This document shows, piece after piece, positions 1-11,600 of a stretch of 45,484 nucleotides of DNA. The notes beneath the pieces were generated by a model, which had not been told where the DNA came from, did not search any database, and saw only the letters and a list, made by a program, of their open reading frames with translations. Each line of letters begins with the position of its first letter. Position 1 is the first letter of the stretch. The stretch comes from an uncultured Candidatus Saccharibacteria bacterium (GTDB lineage: Bacteria > Patescibacteriota > Minisyncoccia > Phycocordibacterales > UBA12079), in assembly GCA_964486155.1 (NCBI GenBank), contig CAZAKQ010000005.1, positions 1 to 45,484 on the forward strand, read 5' to 3'. The position numbers and the translations under genes were made by a program.

Positions 1-58
1 TTATTATTAATAGTTTAAATACTGAAAAGTCTAATATGTTATGGACGAATACAAAATA

Positions 59-87
59 TAGACAAAAATATAATGTTAATGTATAAT
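59..87 (+). promoter_or_regulatory. sigma70-type promoter for orphan ORF 176..592
   Basis: TAGACA (59-64), 17-nt spacer, TATAAT (82-87). Confidence 0.75.
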
Positions 88-93
88 CAACAT

Positions 94-165
94 TGGTTAA
101 GTTGTTTCCTTGGGGGACACCCCACTATTGCCGACAGGCAAACAAAATCCTGGACACAGGAAAGG
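94..165 (+). promoter_or_regulatory. structured 5' leader: three GACA-loop hairpins plus an arm complementary to the 3' UTR
   Basis: TGGGG-GACA-CCCCA 111-124; TTGCC-GACA-GGCAA 128-141; TCCTG-GACA-CAGGA 148-161; 94-107 pairs with 600-613. Confidence 0.7.
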
Positions 166-175
166 ATAATAAACA

Positions 176-592
176 ATGACTAGTTATACTTTTAAGGATA
201 TAGAAAAAATATTTAAAGGATCTGATGAACTTCATAAAATGGAGAAAGATATTAGTAGATTTTATAAAATTATAAAAGGAATAATTTTATCAAAAGATTT
301 AAAACAAGATTATCAAGAAGATATCGAATTTATATCTTATGAAGATGTTATCGATAAACAACTTTCAGTCCATATACATAAACCTTTTTCTAATAAAGAC
401 CTATGGATAGAAATAAAGTTTTTAACAAAAAAATATTATTTCAATTCATCACTACCAAAAAATGCGATTCCAATAATTTGGAAAAATATTCCGAAAGTTT
501 TATCTATTTTAATTAAAAATAATCCTTGGATAAAAAAAGATATTAAATTTTTAATATCACTTTCTTCCAAAATCAAAGAAAGAGATACTTAG
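176..592 (+). CDS. hypothetical protein, 138 aa
   Basis: ORF with upstream promoter, AAGGA SD-like site and downstream terminator; no recognised motif. Confidence 0.8.
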   Translation: MTSYTFKDIEKIFKGSDELHKMEKDISRFYKIIKGIILSKDLKQDYQEDIEFISYEDVIDKQLSVHIHKPFSNKDLWIEIKFLTKKYYFNSSLPKNAIPIIWKNIPKVLSILIKNNPWIKKDIKFLISLSSKIKERDT

Positions 593-615
593 TTTACTCA
601 AACAACTTAACTACA

Positions 616-639
616 GCCACCGGATGCGGTGGTTTTTTT
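616..639 (+). terminator. intrinsic terminator
   Basis: GCCACCG-GATG-CGGTGGT followed by T-tract. Confidence 0.85.
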
Positions 640-725
640 GTCAAATTTTTGAGTAAAACTATTATGTTGTTATAAATAACATAATAGATTTTATTTAAGA
701 TTCAGTGGCTTTGTTGAGGTATATT

Positions 726-808
726 TCAATGGCTATGCCCATAGCCATTGAATTTTGGCTTTATTGAACCATAAAATAGCTCAACAACTCAACGACTTGG
801 GTTGTTGA
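726..808. repeat. ~80-bp dispersed two-hairpin repeat, copy 1 (copy 2 at 14392-14472)
   Basis: TCAATGGCTATGCCCATAGCCATTGA...AACAACTCAACGACTTGGGTTGTT aligns with 14392-14472 with few differences. Confidence 0.85.
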
Positions 809-838
809 AAAAGATGATTTCTAGACTGTTGCATCAAG

Positions 839-894
839 AAGTTTCTAAAAGGAAATTAGTCCAGTTAACTGGACTAATTTCCTTTTAGAAACTT
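839..894. repeat. 56-bp perfect palindrome, CCAGTTAACTGG core
   Basis: AAGTTTCTAAAAGGAAATTAGTCCAGTT|AACTGGACTAATTTCCTTTTAGAAACTT. Confidence 0.95.
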
Positions 895-992
895 TTTTCC
901 TCGCAGAGATAGAAGGAGGGACTGTTTTATTGAGATTAAAAAGTCCGGATTAATTTCTCCTTAGGGAACACACCTCTCCGTTAGTTTTAAAA

Positions 993-1070
993 GAAGTTCG
1001 ACTTCAGGATTGGTTAAACAAAACGAGATAACTAAAGATCAAGATTATGCACATTAAGAAGTCGAACTTC
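993..1070. repeat. inverted pair of 13-bp REP-like hairpins
   Basis: GAAGTTCGACTTC (993-1005) and its reverse complement GAAGTCGAACTTC (1058-1070). Confidence 0.75.
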
Positions 1071-1302
1071 ATTTGTATATTTTGAGAGATGAACGACAGC
1101 GTAATTAAATTTTTTCGTAAAGACAGAAAAGAAGAAACTTTAACCTTGCCTGTTTTTTCTGGATCGCTTCTCAAACTCACGAAAACAAGAAACTAAAGCT
1201 TTCATCAACGAATTTTGCAAAGCAAAATCCATCTGTTCCTGTGTTTTAATGTTCTAGTGCCTGCCTGCCGGCAAAGGCAGATTTTAATGGTTTAATGCTT
1301 TA

Positions 1303-2685
1303 TTAAAAATCAAAATTCCTTAATCTATCTACTTTTTCTGATTGTCGAATTTTTTCATGAGCTTTGGCTTCAATTTGTCGAATTCTCTCACGAGTTACTC
1401 CAAATTCTCTTCCCACCTCTTCTAAAGTATGATTAACTCCATCTTCAATCCCACTTCTCATCTCTAAAATTTTTCGTTCTTTTTGGGTTAAATCGCCTAA
1501 GACACTTTTAATTTGATCAACTAAAATTCTTTTAGAAGCTTCTTTTTCGGGTGAAGTTATTTTTTCGTCTTCTACAAAATTTTCTAAAGTAGATTTACCA
1601 TCACTATCTTCTCCCCCCACTGGACTTTCTAAAGAAACAATCCTTCTATCAATTCTAAAAATATTATAAACTTTGTCTAGAGGCAAATCCATCTCTACTG
1701 AAATTTCTTCTGGAGTAGGGCTTCTTCCAAGATCTTGAGACAAATTTCTAGAAATTTGCTTGTACTTAGCAATAGTTTCAACCATATGGACCGGAATTCT
1801 AATTGTTCTAGACTGATCAGCCAAAGCTCTTGTAATAGCTTGTCTAATCCACCAAGTAGCATAAGTAGAAAATTTAAAACCCTTAGAATAATCAAATTTT
1901 TCTACGGCTTTAAACAAACCTAAAGAGCCCTCTTGAATTAAATCTAATAAAGTTAAATCTGGACTTCTGCCTGTATATTTCTTAGCTATTGAGACAACTA
2001 ATCTTAAATTAGCTCTAGCTAATAAATTTTTAGCTTCTTCATCACCAGCTTCAATTCTTTTTGCTAATTCAATTTCTTGAGATTGCGTTAAAAGTTTATA
2101 TTGCCCGATCTCTTTTAAATAAATTTGAATAGAGTCAAATGATTTTCCATAATTAGGAGCCTTAGGAATATTAATTTCTGAATCTGCTTGCAACATTCCT
2201 CCGCTTTCTAAAATATCTATACCTGAATTTTCAAATTGTTCATATAAGTTTTCTAGAAAAGAAATATCGTCTTCTATCATCGGAAAAACTTTCAAAATAG
2301 CATCATGGGTAATAAATCCCATTTCTTTTCCTTTTTTTAATAACTCATTTTTTTTCTTATTTTTTTGAGCAAGAGTTAGTTTTGTAATTGTTTTTTTAAC
2401 GAATGCTTTGTTATTCTTTCTATTTGAAATCTTAAAAGTCACTTTTTTAGTAATATTTTTTTTAGATTTCTTACTGGAGATTCTTTTAAGTACTTTTTTC
2501 TTTATTATTTTTTTAGATTTTTTAGGTTCACTTTTCTTAATAGATTTTTTTGTTATATTTTTATTAACTTTCTTTGTTTTTTTAACAGTAGTTTTTGTTT
2601 TAGTAGACACAGTTCTAGTCCCAACTTTCTTTTTAGAAGCCTTTTTAGTAACTGTTATTTTTTTATTGGTTTTTTTCTTGACCAT
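1303..2685 (-). CDS. rpoD: primary sigma factor RpoD/SigA with Lys-rich N-terminal extension
   Basis: [50 protein letters not shown]; region 1.1 present. Confidence 0.97.
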   Translation of the reverse strand: MVKKKTNKKITVTKKASKKKVGTRTVSTKTKTTVKKTKKVNKNITKKSIKKSEPKKSKKIIKKKVLKRISSKKSKKNITKKVTFKISNRKNNKAFVKKTITKLTLAQKNKKKNELLKKGKEMGFITHDAILKVFPMIEDDISFLENLYEQFENSGIDILESGGMLQADSEINIPKAPNYGKSFDSIQIYLKEIGQYKLLTQSQEIELAKRIEAGDEEAKNLLARANLRLVVSIAKKYTGRSPDLTLLDLIQEGSLGLFKAVEKFDYSKGFKFSTYATWWIRQAITRALADQSRTIRIPVHMVETIAKYKQISRNLSQDLGRSPTPEEISVEMDLPLDKVYNIFRIDRRIVSLESPVGGEDSDGKSTLENFVEDEKITSPEKEASKRILVDQIKSVLGDLTQKERKILEMRSGIEDGVNHTLEEVGREFGVTRERIRQIEAKAHEKIRQSEKVDRLRNFDF

Positions 2686-2755
2686 TCTACTTTTTTATAA
2701 TTAATAATAAATTTATACTAATCTAAATAATTACTAACTTACTTAATAATTTGAC

Positions 2756-2790
2756 TTTCCCGCCTCATCGGCAGGTCGCCGATAAGGCGA
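2756..2790. repeat. 35-bp hairpin element (second copy inside pth at 33591-33625)
   Basis: TTTCCCGCCTCATCGGCAGGTCGCCGATAAGGCGA; 30/35 identical to the pth copy. Confidence 0.85.
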
Positions 2791-2931
2791 CTACTTATTT
2801 TTAAATAATAATATTAATAATTTTATTTATTTTATTGTTATAAATCAAATTTCTACAACTAGATTACATCACAACCTCGCAAAGACGAAAAACAAAATTT
2901 TTTTCAAAAAATTTGCTCTCCTCCTGAGCCA

Positions 2932-2996
2932 GTCCGCCTTAGGAGGAGCGGACAAGTGTAAATTTTTCTCCTAATAACCTTCCGCCAGCTGGCGGA
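2932..2996. repeat. two short palindromic elements: GTCCGCCTTAGGAGG and TCCGCCAGCTGGCGGA
   Basis: 2932-2946 recurs at 21225-21239 and inverted at 25392-25406; 2981-2996 recurs exactly at 23108-23123. Confidence 0.85.
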
Positions 2997-3014
2997 TACC
3001 TAACAACCTAATCC

Positions 3015-4796
3015 CTAACTCCTTAATTTCAGTTTGTCTTTTTTTATTAAATACTTATTATATTTTTTCATTATTTTTTCTAAATCTTCTTCATTTTCAT
3101 CTTTCTTAATTTCTTTGATCTTTAATATTAATTTTTCTATTTTACTTTCTATTAAAATGGTTTCTAAGTTTAAAAACAACTCTTGAATTTTTAATTCTAA
3201 ATCATTTTTTAATTCCAATGAATCGTATTCTAAATCTTGATAAAATATTTCTGCTTCAAAAATAATTTCATTTTTTATCTTTTCAGGTAATTTTAATATT
3301 TTTTGAAAAACATCATCTCCAGCGATATTTATTAAATTATTTTCAAATAATTCCATTTCCAATATTGGCTTTTTTATCTTTTTTTGCCACCAATATAATC
3401 CTGATAATTGTCTAATTATGTTATTTTTTCTTTCTAATTTTCCTTCTAAATGACTTTCTTCTCTTATTATTAATTCATCTATCATTTCATTACTATCATA
3501 TTTTAAATCTTTAGGTAATTCTATTTTTATTTTGTTTAATTCAGAACGGATGGCTTGTACTGGAATTTCTAATTTTTTAGCTATTCCTTCTACAAAATTA
3601 GCTTTCTCTATTTCACTTTTTACTAAAGCTACGTAAGGTAATACCAATTTCTGAACCTTATTCCCTAATTTTCGTCTATCTTTAATTTCATCTATCAATT
3701 TCTCTAAATAAAAATCTATAATATGTTTAGCATTTTTTAGAGATTTTTTCCACTCTTTTTTGTTGTTTAAAATTAAATCGGCAGGATCCATTCCATTTGG
3801 AATCTTCATTAAACGAACTTCCATATTATTTAACAAAGCTAATTTAGAAGCTTTACATGCTGATTTAAATCCAGCTTCATCTCCATCAAAAGCCAAAACC
3901 ATTTTATCAGAAAATCTTTTCAATAACTTAAGATGCCCTACTGTTAAAGAAGTTCCCGAACTAGCCACTGTATTTGTATAACCTGCTTGATGACACATTA
4001 ATAAATCCATTTGACCTTCTACCACTATAGAAAAATCTGATTTTCTCATAGTATTTTTTGCAAAATTATAAGCATAAAGGATATTAGATTTATTAAATAA
4101 AATAGTTTCAGGACTATTTAAATATTTAGCCATATCTTTGTTTTCTCCTTGATTAATTTCAAATAATCTTCCTGAGAAAGCCATAGGTCTATTAGAATTA
4201 TCAAATAACGGAAAAATAACTCTGTTTCTAAAACGATCATAAAAACCAACACCTCTATCTTTTTTCTTAATCATTCCAGCTTTTTCAATCTCTATATCAG
4301 AATATCCTTCTTTTTTTAAATAATCATAAATACTTTGCCACTCATTCAAAGCATAACCTAAACGAAATTGTTTAATTATTTTATCTTCAATTCCTCTTTT
4401 TTTTAAATACTTTAGCGCTTCTTTATTTTTTAATAAATTATTTTGAAAAAATAAAGTACTTTTCTCTAAAATATCATATATTCTATTTTTTTCACTAATT
4501 TTTTTAGGATTTTCTTTTTTTAATTCAACTCCTGCTTTTTCAGCTAAAATTTTTAAAGAACCTTTAAAATCAACTCCTTCATATTTTTCTACAAAAGTAA
4601 AAATGTCTCCCCCTTCTCCACAGCCAAAACATTTAAACGAATCTCTATCTGGGGAAATAAAAAAAGAAGGGGTTTTTTCATTATGAAAGGGGCAACATGC
4701 TTTATAATTAATTCCTGCTTTTTCTAATTTTATATAATCACCAACAACATCTACTATATTCAATCTTTCTTTAATTTGTTCAACATTGTTATTCAT
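3015..4796 (-). CDS. dnaG: DNA primase
   Basis: CPFHNEKTPSF...CFGC zinc finger, KYLNSPET, TOPRIM VEGQMD and FDGDEAG. Confidence 0.97.
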   Translation of the reverse strand: MNNNVEQIKERLNIVDVVGDYIKLEKAGINYKACCPFHNEKTPSFFISPDRDSFKCFGCGEGGDIFTFVEKYEGVDFKGSLKILAEKAGVELKKENPKKISEKNRIYDILEKSTLFFQNNLLKNKEALKYLKKRGIEDKIIKQFRLGYALNEWQSIYDYLKKEGYSDIEIEKAGMIKKKDRGVGFYDRFRNRVIFPLFDNSNRPMAFSGRLFEINQGENKDMAKYLNSPETILFNKSNILYAYNFAKNTMRKSDFSIVVEGQMDLLMCHQAGYTNTVASSGTSLTVGHLKLLKRFSDKMVLAFDGDEAGFKSACKASKLALLNNMEVRLMKIPNGMDPADLILNNKKEWKKSLKNAKHIIDFYLEKLIDEIKDRRKLGNKVQKLVLPYVALVKSEIEKANFVEGIAKKLEIPVQAIRSELNKIKIELPKDLKYDSNEMIDELIIREESHLEGKLERKNNIIRQLSGLYWWQKKIKKPILEMELFENNLINIAGDDVFQKILKLPEKIKNEIIFEAEIFYQDLEYDSLELKNDLELKIQELFLNLETILIESKIEKLILKIKEIKKDENEEDLEKIMKKYNKYLIKKDKLKLRS

Positions 4797-4860
4797 ATAA
4801 TTTAACTTTTAGATATTTAAATAAAAAACTTAAAGATTAAAATTATTCTAGTCTATAAAT

Positions 4861-7800
4861 TTATTTTTCATTTTTAACATCTTGAACCATTTGCCATTTT
4901 TTAGAACCTTCAAAACCTGAACCTGCCGGAACTAATCTTCCAATAATAATATTTTCTTTTAATCCAAGCAAATCATCTTGCGCCCCTCTTAGAGATGCAT
5001 TAATCAACATTTTTGTAGTATTTTGAAATGATACTGAAGATAAGAAAGAATTTCTTGATAAAGAAACTTCAGTAATTCCTAAAATTAATTGTTCAGCTTT
5101 TGCTTCTTCTTTTTTATCTTTTTTAGCTTTTTCGTTAGCTTCTTTTACTTGATAATCCTCTACGACTGAACCAACAGTTAAATTAGTATCTCCTGATTTC
5201 AAAATCTTTCTTCTTGAAAGCATTTGTTTTATAACTACTTCAATATGTTTTCTGGCTGTAGCTGCTCCTTGTAATTCATAAATTCTTATTATTTCTCTAA
5301 TAATATATTCCTGAGCCGCTTTCTTGCCTGCATATTTAAATAATTCACTTATATCAACAGATCCATCAGTTAAAATATCTCCCTTAGATACTTTATCACC
5401 AACTTTTTTATTAGTTACTCTTCCATAAGGTAAAATATACTCTACTTGTTGTTTCTTTTTTCTAGAAGAGCGGCTATCAATATCAGGCATAATTACTATC
5501 ATTTTTCCAGCTTCGTCATCAACAACATCCGTAATTTTCCCATTTATTTTTGAAAGTACAGCTGGAATCTTAGGTTTTCTTTTCTCAAAGATTTCTTCTA
5601 CTCGAGGTAAACCTTGAGTAATGTCACCGCCTTGAGAAGCAGTACCTCCTGTATGGAAAGTTCTCATCGTTAATTGTGTTCCTGGTTCTCCAATAGCTTG
5701 AGCAGCAATAGTTCCTACAGTTTCTCCTAAATCAACTTCTAAATTATTACCTAAATCGGCTCCATAACATTTTTGACAAATACCTCTTTTAGTAGCACAT
5801 GTCATAGGAGATCTAACTGGAATTTCTTCAATTCCTGCCTCATCAATCAAAATCGCATCTTCTTTAGTTAATATATGATTTTTCTTAAATAAAACTTTTC
5901 CTTTTTTATCTTTAATTTCTTTAGCTAAAGTTCTGCCTTTTATATTTTTAATTAAAGGAATTTCTAATCCCGACAAAGTTTCTCTACCTAACATTATAAA
6001 TTCTTTAGTCTTACAATCTGATTCTAAAATAACCACATCTTGTGATACATCAAAAAGTTTTCTAGTTAAATAACCAGATTTTGCAGTATTTAAAGCTGTA
6101 TCTGCCAACCCTTTTCTTGAACCATGAGTAGTAGTGAAATATTCAATTGGAGTTAAACCTTCTTTCAAACAAGAAATAACCGGATTTTCAATAGTTTCTC
6201 CAGATGTATTTTGAATCAAACCTCTCATTCCAGCCATTTGAGTAAATTGACCAATAGAACCTCGGGCTCCTGAACTCCACATAATATGAGCTGATCCTTG
6301 TTTATCTAATGTATGAGGAATAATCTCTTCTACCTTATCTTTAGTAGCATGCCAAATTTCAACATTTTTTCTATGTCTTTCGTCTTTGGTTAATAAACCT
6401 TCATTATATTGTTCCCAAACCTCTCCTGACTGCTTTTTACCTTCTTCAATAATTTCTTCCTTTTCTTTAGGAACCATTACATTATCAATACCCCAAGTCA
6501 CTCCAGATTTTGTAGCATATTTAAATCCAAAATCTTTGATTTTACCTAAGATATTAGCTATATTATTTATTCCGTATCTATCAATCAAATCATTAGTTAA
6601 TTTAGAAAGTTCTTTTTTACCTACACTTTCATTTATAAACGGATATTCTTTTGGTAAAACAGAGTTAAATAATAATCTTCCAGCAGTTGTTTCAAAAACT
6701 TCTCCTTTAAATTGAGTATATTTTTCACTCCCCGTAGGCAAAACATTTATTTTTGCTCTTAAGTCTAATTCATCAAATTCATAAGCAATAATAGCTTCAT
6801 TTACTCCTTCATAGTATTTGTTTTCTCCTTTAGTCCCCTCCACTATATTAGTCATCCAATAACAACCCAAAGCCATATCCATCTTAGGATCTACAATCGG
6901 CTCTCCTGTACCTGGTTTTAAAATATTTTTATCTGCGGTCATTATTTCTTTAGCTTCTTTTTGAGCTTCATCAGTCAAAGGTACATGAACAGCCATTTGG
7001 TCTCCATCGAAGTCAGCATTAAAAGCAGCACATACTAAAGGATGGACTTGTATAGCTTTACCTTCTACTAACAAAGGTTCAAAAGCTTGAATTCCTAATC
7101 TATGCAAAGTAGGTGCTCTGTTCAATAATACGTGCTTATCTTTTATTACTCCTTCTAAAATAGCCCATACTTCAGGAGTTCCTTCTTCAATTAAACGACT
7201 TGCCCATTTAATATTATGAGCTAATTCATCTTTTAAAATCTTTGAAATAACAAAAGGTTTAAATAACTCTAAAGCCATTTTTTTAGGCAAGCCACATTCA
7301 TTCAAAGCTAAATCAGGGCCCACCACAATAACAGATCTTCCTGAATAATCTACTCGTTTTCCAAGAAGATTTTGTCTAAACAATCCCTGTTTTCCTTTTA
7401 AATTATCTGCTAAAGATTTTAAAGGTCTTCGTTGAGATTGGCTCATAGCTCCACCTGCTCCCGAAAAACGAATAGAATTATCTACTAATGAATCAACAGC
7501 TTCTTGCAGAATTCTTTTTTCATTTCTTAAAATAACATCAGGGGCATTAATCTCTAATAATTTTTTCAAACGATTATTTCTATTAATAACTCTCCTATAT
7601 AGATCATTTACATCTGAAGTAGCATTTCTTCCCCCACTCAAAACTACCATAGGCCTTAAAGCAGGAGGAATAACAGGGATATTAGTCAAAAACATCCACT
7701 CTGGATTAACATTAGATTCAATCATAGGATTAATCAGAGATAATCTTTTATTTATTTTTACTCTTTTGATAGAACCTGCGCTCTCTAAATCTTTCTCCAA

Positions 7801-8535
7801 TTCTTCTTTTAATTTTTTCAAATTAATTCTCTTGCAAATATCATAAATAACTTCAGCTCCAATTCCGGCTTCAAACATAGAACCGTACTTAAACGAAAAT
7901 CTATTATAAGTAATCTCATCCAAAACTACTCCTTCTTGGATAGAGTTAATTTTTTGTTTAACTTCTAATAATAATTCTTTTAATTTAACTTTTGTTTTCT
8001 CGTCTAATATATTTTTTATTTTAGTTTTAAATTCAATATCAACTTCTTTTAGAATTCTAGTTCTTTCTTCTTCATTTACTTTTGTAATAATATATCCAGC
8101 AAAATAAATGACCTTTCTTAAATCCGCCATAGAAATATCTAAAATCAAAGCAATTCTAGAAGGTATACTTTTCAAAAACCAAATATGAGAAACTGGGGTA
8201 GCTAACTTAATATGACCCATTCTCTCTCTTCGTACTATAGACTTTGTTATTTCAACTTCACATTTTTCACATACTATTCCTTTATATCTAATTCCTTTAT
8301 ATCTCCCACAATAACATTCGTAATCTTTATCAGGACCAAAAATCTTTTCATCGAAAAGACCTCCTTTTTCAGATCTTTGGGTTCTATAATTAATAGTTTC
8401 TGGTTTTTTTACTTCTCCATATGACCACTCTAAAATTTTTTCAGGAGAAGCTAATTTAAGAGAAATTGAATTAAAGTCTACCTCACTATTATGAGAAAAA
8501 CCTTTTTTATTGTCTTCTTGATTTATTTTTTGCAT
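4861..8535 (-). CDS. rpoC: RNA polymerase beta' subunit
   Basis: NADFDGD catalytic motif, GKRVDYSGRSVI, GEPGTQLTMRTFH. Confidence 0.99.
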   Translation of the reverse strand: MQKINQEDNKKGFSHNSEVDFNSISLKLASPEKILEWSYGEVKKPETINYRTQRSEKGGLFDEKIFGPDKDYECYCGRYKGIRYKGIVCEKCEVEITKSIVRRERMGHIKLATPVSHIWFLKSIPSRIALILDISMADLRKVIYFAGYIITKVNEEERTRILKEVDIEFKTKIKNILDEKTKVKLKELLLEVKQKINSIQEGVVLDEITYNRFSFKYGSMFEAGIGAEVIYDICKRINLKKLKEELEKDLESAGSIKRVKINKRLSLINPMIESNVNPEWMFLTNIPVIPPALRPMVVLSGGRNATSDVNDLYRRVINRNNRLKKLLEINAPDVILRNEKRILQEAVDSLVDNSIRFSGAGGAMSQSQRRPLKSLADNLKGKQGLFRQNLLGKRVDYSGRSVIVVGPDLALNECGLPKKMALELFKPFVISKILKDELAHNIKWASRLIEEGTPEVWAILEGVIKDKHVLLNRAPTLHRLGIQAFEPLLVEGKAIQVHPLVCAAFNADFDGDQMAVHVPLTDEAQKEAKEIMTADKNILKPGTGEPIVDPKMDMALGCYWMTNIVEGTKGENKYYEGVNEAIIAYEFDELDLRAKINVLPTGSEKYTQFKGEVFETTAGRLLFNSVLPKEYPFINESVGKKELSKLTNDLIDRYGINNIANILGKIKDFGFKYATKSGVTWGIDNVMVPKEKEEIIEEGKKQSGEVWEQYNEGLLTKDERHRKNVEIWHATKDKVEEIIPHTLDKQGSAHIMWSSGARGSIGQFTQMAGMRGLIQNTSGETIENPVISCLKEGLTPIEYFTTTHGSRKGLADTALNTAKSGYLTRKLFDVSQDVVILESDCKTKEFIMLGRETLSGLEIPLIKNIKGRTLAKEIKDKKGKVLFKKNHILTKEDAILIDEAGIEEIPVRSPMTCATKRGICQKCYGADLGNNLEVDLGETVGTIAAQAIGEPGTQLTMRTFHTGGTASQGGDITQGLPRVEEIFEKRKPKIPAVLSKINGKITDVVDDEAGKMIVIMPDIDSRSSRKKKQQVEYILPYGRVTNKKVGDKVSKGDILTDGSVDISELFKYAGKKAAQEYIIREIIRIYELQGAATARKHIEVVIKQMLSRRKILKSGDTNLTVGSVVEDYQVKEANEKAKKDKKEEAKAEQLILGITEVSLSRNSFLSSVSFQNTTKMLINASLRGAQDDLLGLKENIIIGRLVPAGSGFEGSKKWQMVQDVKNEK

Positions 8536-8676
8536 ATTATTTAGTAGGTTAGTAAGTTAGTTGATAGCTTTTAGAAGAAAAATTTGCGAAGCCAATTTTC
8601 TTATTTTTAATTTAAAATTTACAATTTATAATTTGAAATAATTTTTGCCTGCCTACCGGCGCAGGTAGATTAAAAA

Positions 8677-11600
8677 TTATTTTTTAAGGTCTATATCTAA
8701 GGCTAGTCCTCTTAAATTTTTTAATAATACATTAAATGACGCAGGTAAATTAGGCTCGGGAATATCATTTCCTTTTACAATAGCATCAAAAGCAGCCGAT
8801 CTACCAATAATATCATCTGATTTTATAGTTAAAACTTCTCTTAATATATGAGCTGTTCCATGACCAAGCAAAGCCCAAACTTCCATTTCCCCAAATCTTT
8901 GACCTCCTCTTTGAGCCTTACCTCCAAGAGGTTGTTGATTTATCAAAGAATAAGGGCCAATAGCTCTTGAATGCAATTTGTCATCCACCATATGATGAAG
9001 TTTAAGCATATACATATACCCAACAGCGATGTCTTGATTAAATTTTTCTCCGGTCAATCCATCATACAAAGGAATTGTTCCACTTCTAGGCATTCCTGCT
9101 TTTTCTAATTCATCCTTTACTTCTTTTTCTGTAGCTCCAGCAAAAGGAGGAACAACAGCTTGATAATTAAGTTTTTTAGCAGCCATACCTAAATGCAGCT
9201 CTAAAATCTGTCCAAGATTCATTCTTGAAGGAACTCCAAGAGGAGTCAATATAATATCTACAGGAGTACCATCTTCCATATAAGGCATATCTTCTCTAGG
9301 CAATACTTTTGAAATAACACCTTTATTTCCATGTCTTCCTGCTAACTTATCTCCTACTGATATGTTTCTTAATTGAGCAACTTCTACATAAACTTTTTTT
9401 ATTACTCCTGGTTCATTAATTTCACCTTTATCACGAGAAAATACTTTTACTCCAATAACAAAACCTCTTTTTCCTCCCTTCACTCGTAAGGAAGTATCTT
9501 TTACATCCTGAGCTTTTTCTCCAAAAATAGAACGAAGCAATCTTTCTTCTGGTGTTAATTGAGTTTCCCCTTTAGGAGTAATTTTTCCTACTAAAATATC
9601 CCCCGTATGTACTTCCGATCCTACTCTAATTATTCCTTCTTCATCTAAATTCTTTAATTTAGCTTCTCCTACATTTGGAATATCATGAGTCGTTACTTCT
9701 TCTCCTAATTTAGTATCTCGGACATCTTCCACAAACTCTTCTACTTGTACAGAAGTAAATTTATCTTCTTTCACTAATCTATCAGAAATAATAATAGCAT
9801 CCTCATAATTAGCTCCATACCAAGACATAAAGGCAATTAAAATATTTTGACCAACTGCGATTTGTCCATTATCAGTTGAAGAACAATCTGCCAAAATATC
9901 ACCCTTCTTAACTTTTTGATTTAAATCAACAGAAGGACGATTACTTAGGGCTGAGAAGTTATTTGTTCTCATAAAAGAAACTAACGGATATTCAACTTCT
10001 TTTCCTGCTGAATTTTTTACCTTAATCATTTTTGCATCAACATAGGATACAATTCCATTTTCTTTAGCTACTATTAATCTACCAGTGGCTCGAGCAGCTC
10101 TTTCTTCAATACCTGTAGCTACCAAAGGTGCATCTGGTTTAATACAAGGAACTGACTGCTTTTGCATGTTAGATCCCATCAAAGCTCTGTTAGCATCATC
10201 ATTATTAATAAAAGGAATCATTGAAGTTGCTACAGAAAAAGGCTGTTTAGAAGAAACATCAATAAAATCAACTTTGTTTTTATTTACTATACTAGGTTTT
10301 CCAGCTACTCTTACTTCTACTAATTTTTCTTTAATCTTACCTTTAGAATCTAACTCAACAGAGGAATCAGCAATATTATGCCTTTGTTCGTCAGCGGCAT
10401 TTAAAAACAAAACTTTATTAGTTACTTGTCCTTTTTCTACTTTCACATAAGGAGTCTCTATCATTCCAAAATCATTCACTCTAGCATAATTAGCTAATCT
10501 TAAAATCAAACCAATATTTTGACCTTCAGGAGTTTGGATTGGACAAAGTCGTCCATAATGAGAAGGATGAACATCCCTAACTTCAATAGAAGCTCTTTCT
10601 CTTACTAATCCTCCAGGGCCTAAAGCCGACACTGTTCTTAAATGTTCTAACTCTGACAAAATATTATCTTGGTGCATAAATTGAGATAATTGATTTGTTG
10701 TAAAAAACTCTTTAATTCTAGCCTGTAGTGGTCGCGGACTAATAAATTGCATTGGCAAAGTTGCATCTACTCCAATAATAGACATCCTATCTTGAATATT
10801 TCTTTGAATTTGAAACATTCCGACTCTAAATTTTTGTTGAATCATTTCTCCAAAATATTTTAATCTTCTAGAACCTAGATGATCAATATCATCAGGCTGA
10901 GCATTTGCAGAATTATTTAATTTTACTATATGTTCAATGGTTGTAACTAAATCTTCAATAGAAAGAGTAGATCGTTCTAATTCCTTCTTATCCATAGATT
11001 TATCAAATCTTTTATTAAAATAATATCTTCCAACTTTATGTAAATCATATCTTTCTGGAGAAAATACAGAACTAACAAAAACCTCGGCATGACTAGCCGT
11101 TGTTAATTCTCCGTCTCTTAATCTCTTATGAATTTCAATAAAAGATTCTCCTCTATTTTTAGCAGGATCATTTTCAATACATTTTTCAATAATTTCTTTT
11201 GTAATTTTGTCTTTAAATAAATCAGCTACATTTTCAGTCCCTTCAGAAGCCAATACTCTTAATAAAGTGCTCACTAAAAATTTTCTTTTTCTGTCAATCT
11301 TTACATACATTAAACCATCAGGTTCAGTTTCTATTTCTATCCAAGATCCTCTAGCTGGTAATATTTTTACTCCAAAATATCTTCCTCCTTTCAATTCTTG
11401 CATAGTAAAAAACATTCCAAAAGATCTAGCTAATTGAGGAACAACAACTCTTTCTACCCCATTGATTATAAAAGTACCATGCTCAGTCATCATAGGAAAA
11501 TCAGTCAAGAAAATCTCTTGTTCTTTTTCTATTTTTAAAATTTTATTAGTTAATTTAACCTTAGCCTTAATAACAGCTTGATAGTTTTTCTTATTAGATT

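Noticed and set aside
128-165. c-di-GMP-I riboswitch (GGCAAAC...GAAA resemblance)
   Set aside because: The GGCAA is paired within a GACA hairpin and the second stem of that riboswitch is not evident; an Rfam scan would settle it.
94-613. Retron or DGR interpretation of the flanking inverted repeat
   Set aside because: No reverse transcriptase in the window, and no template/variable repeat pair differing only at adenines.
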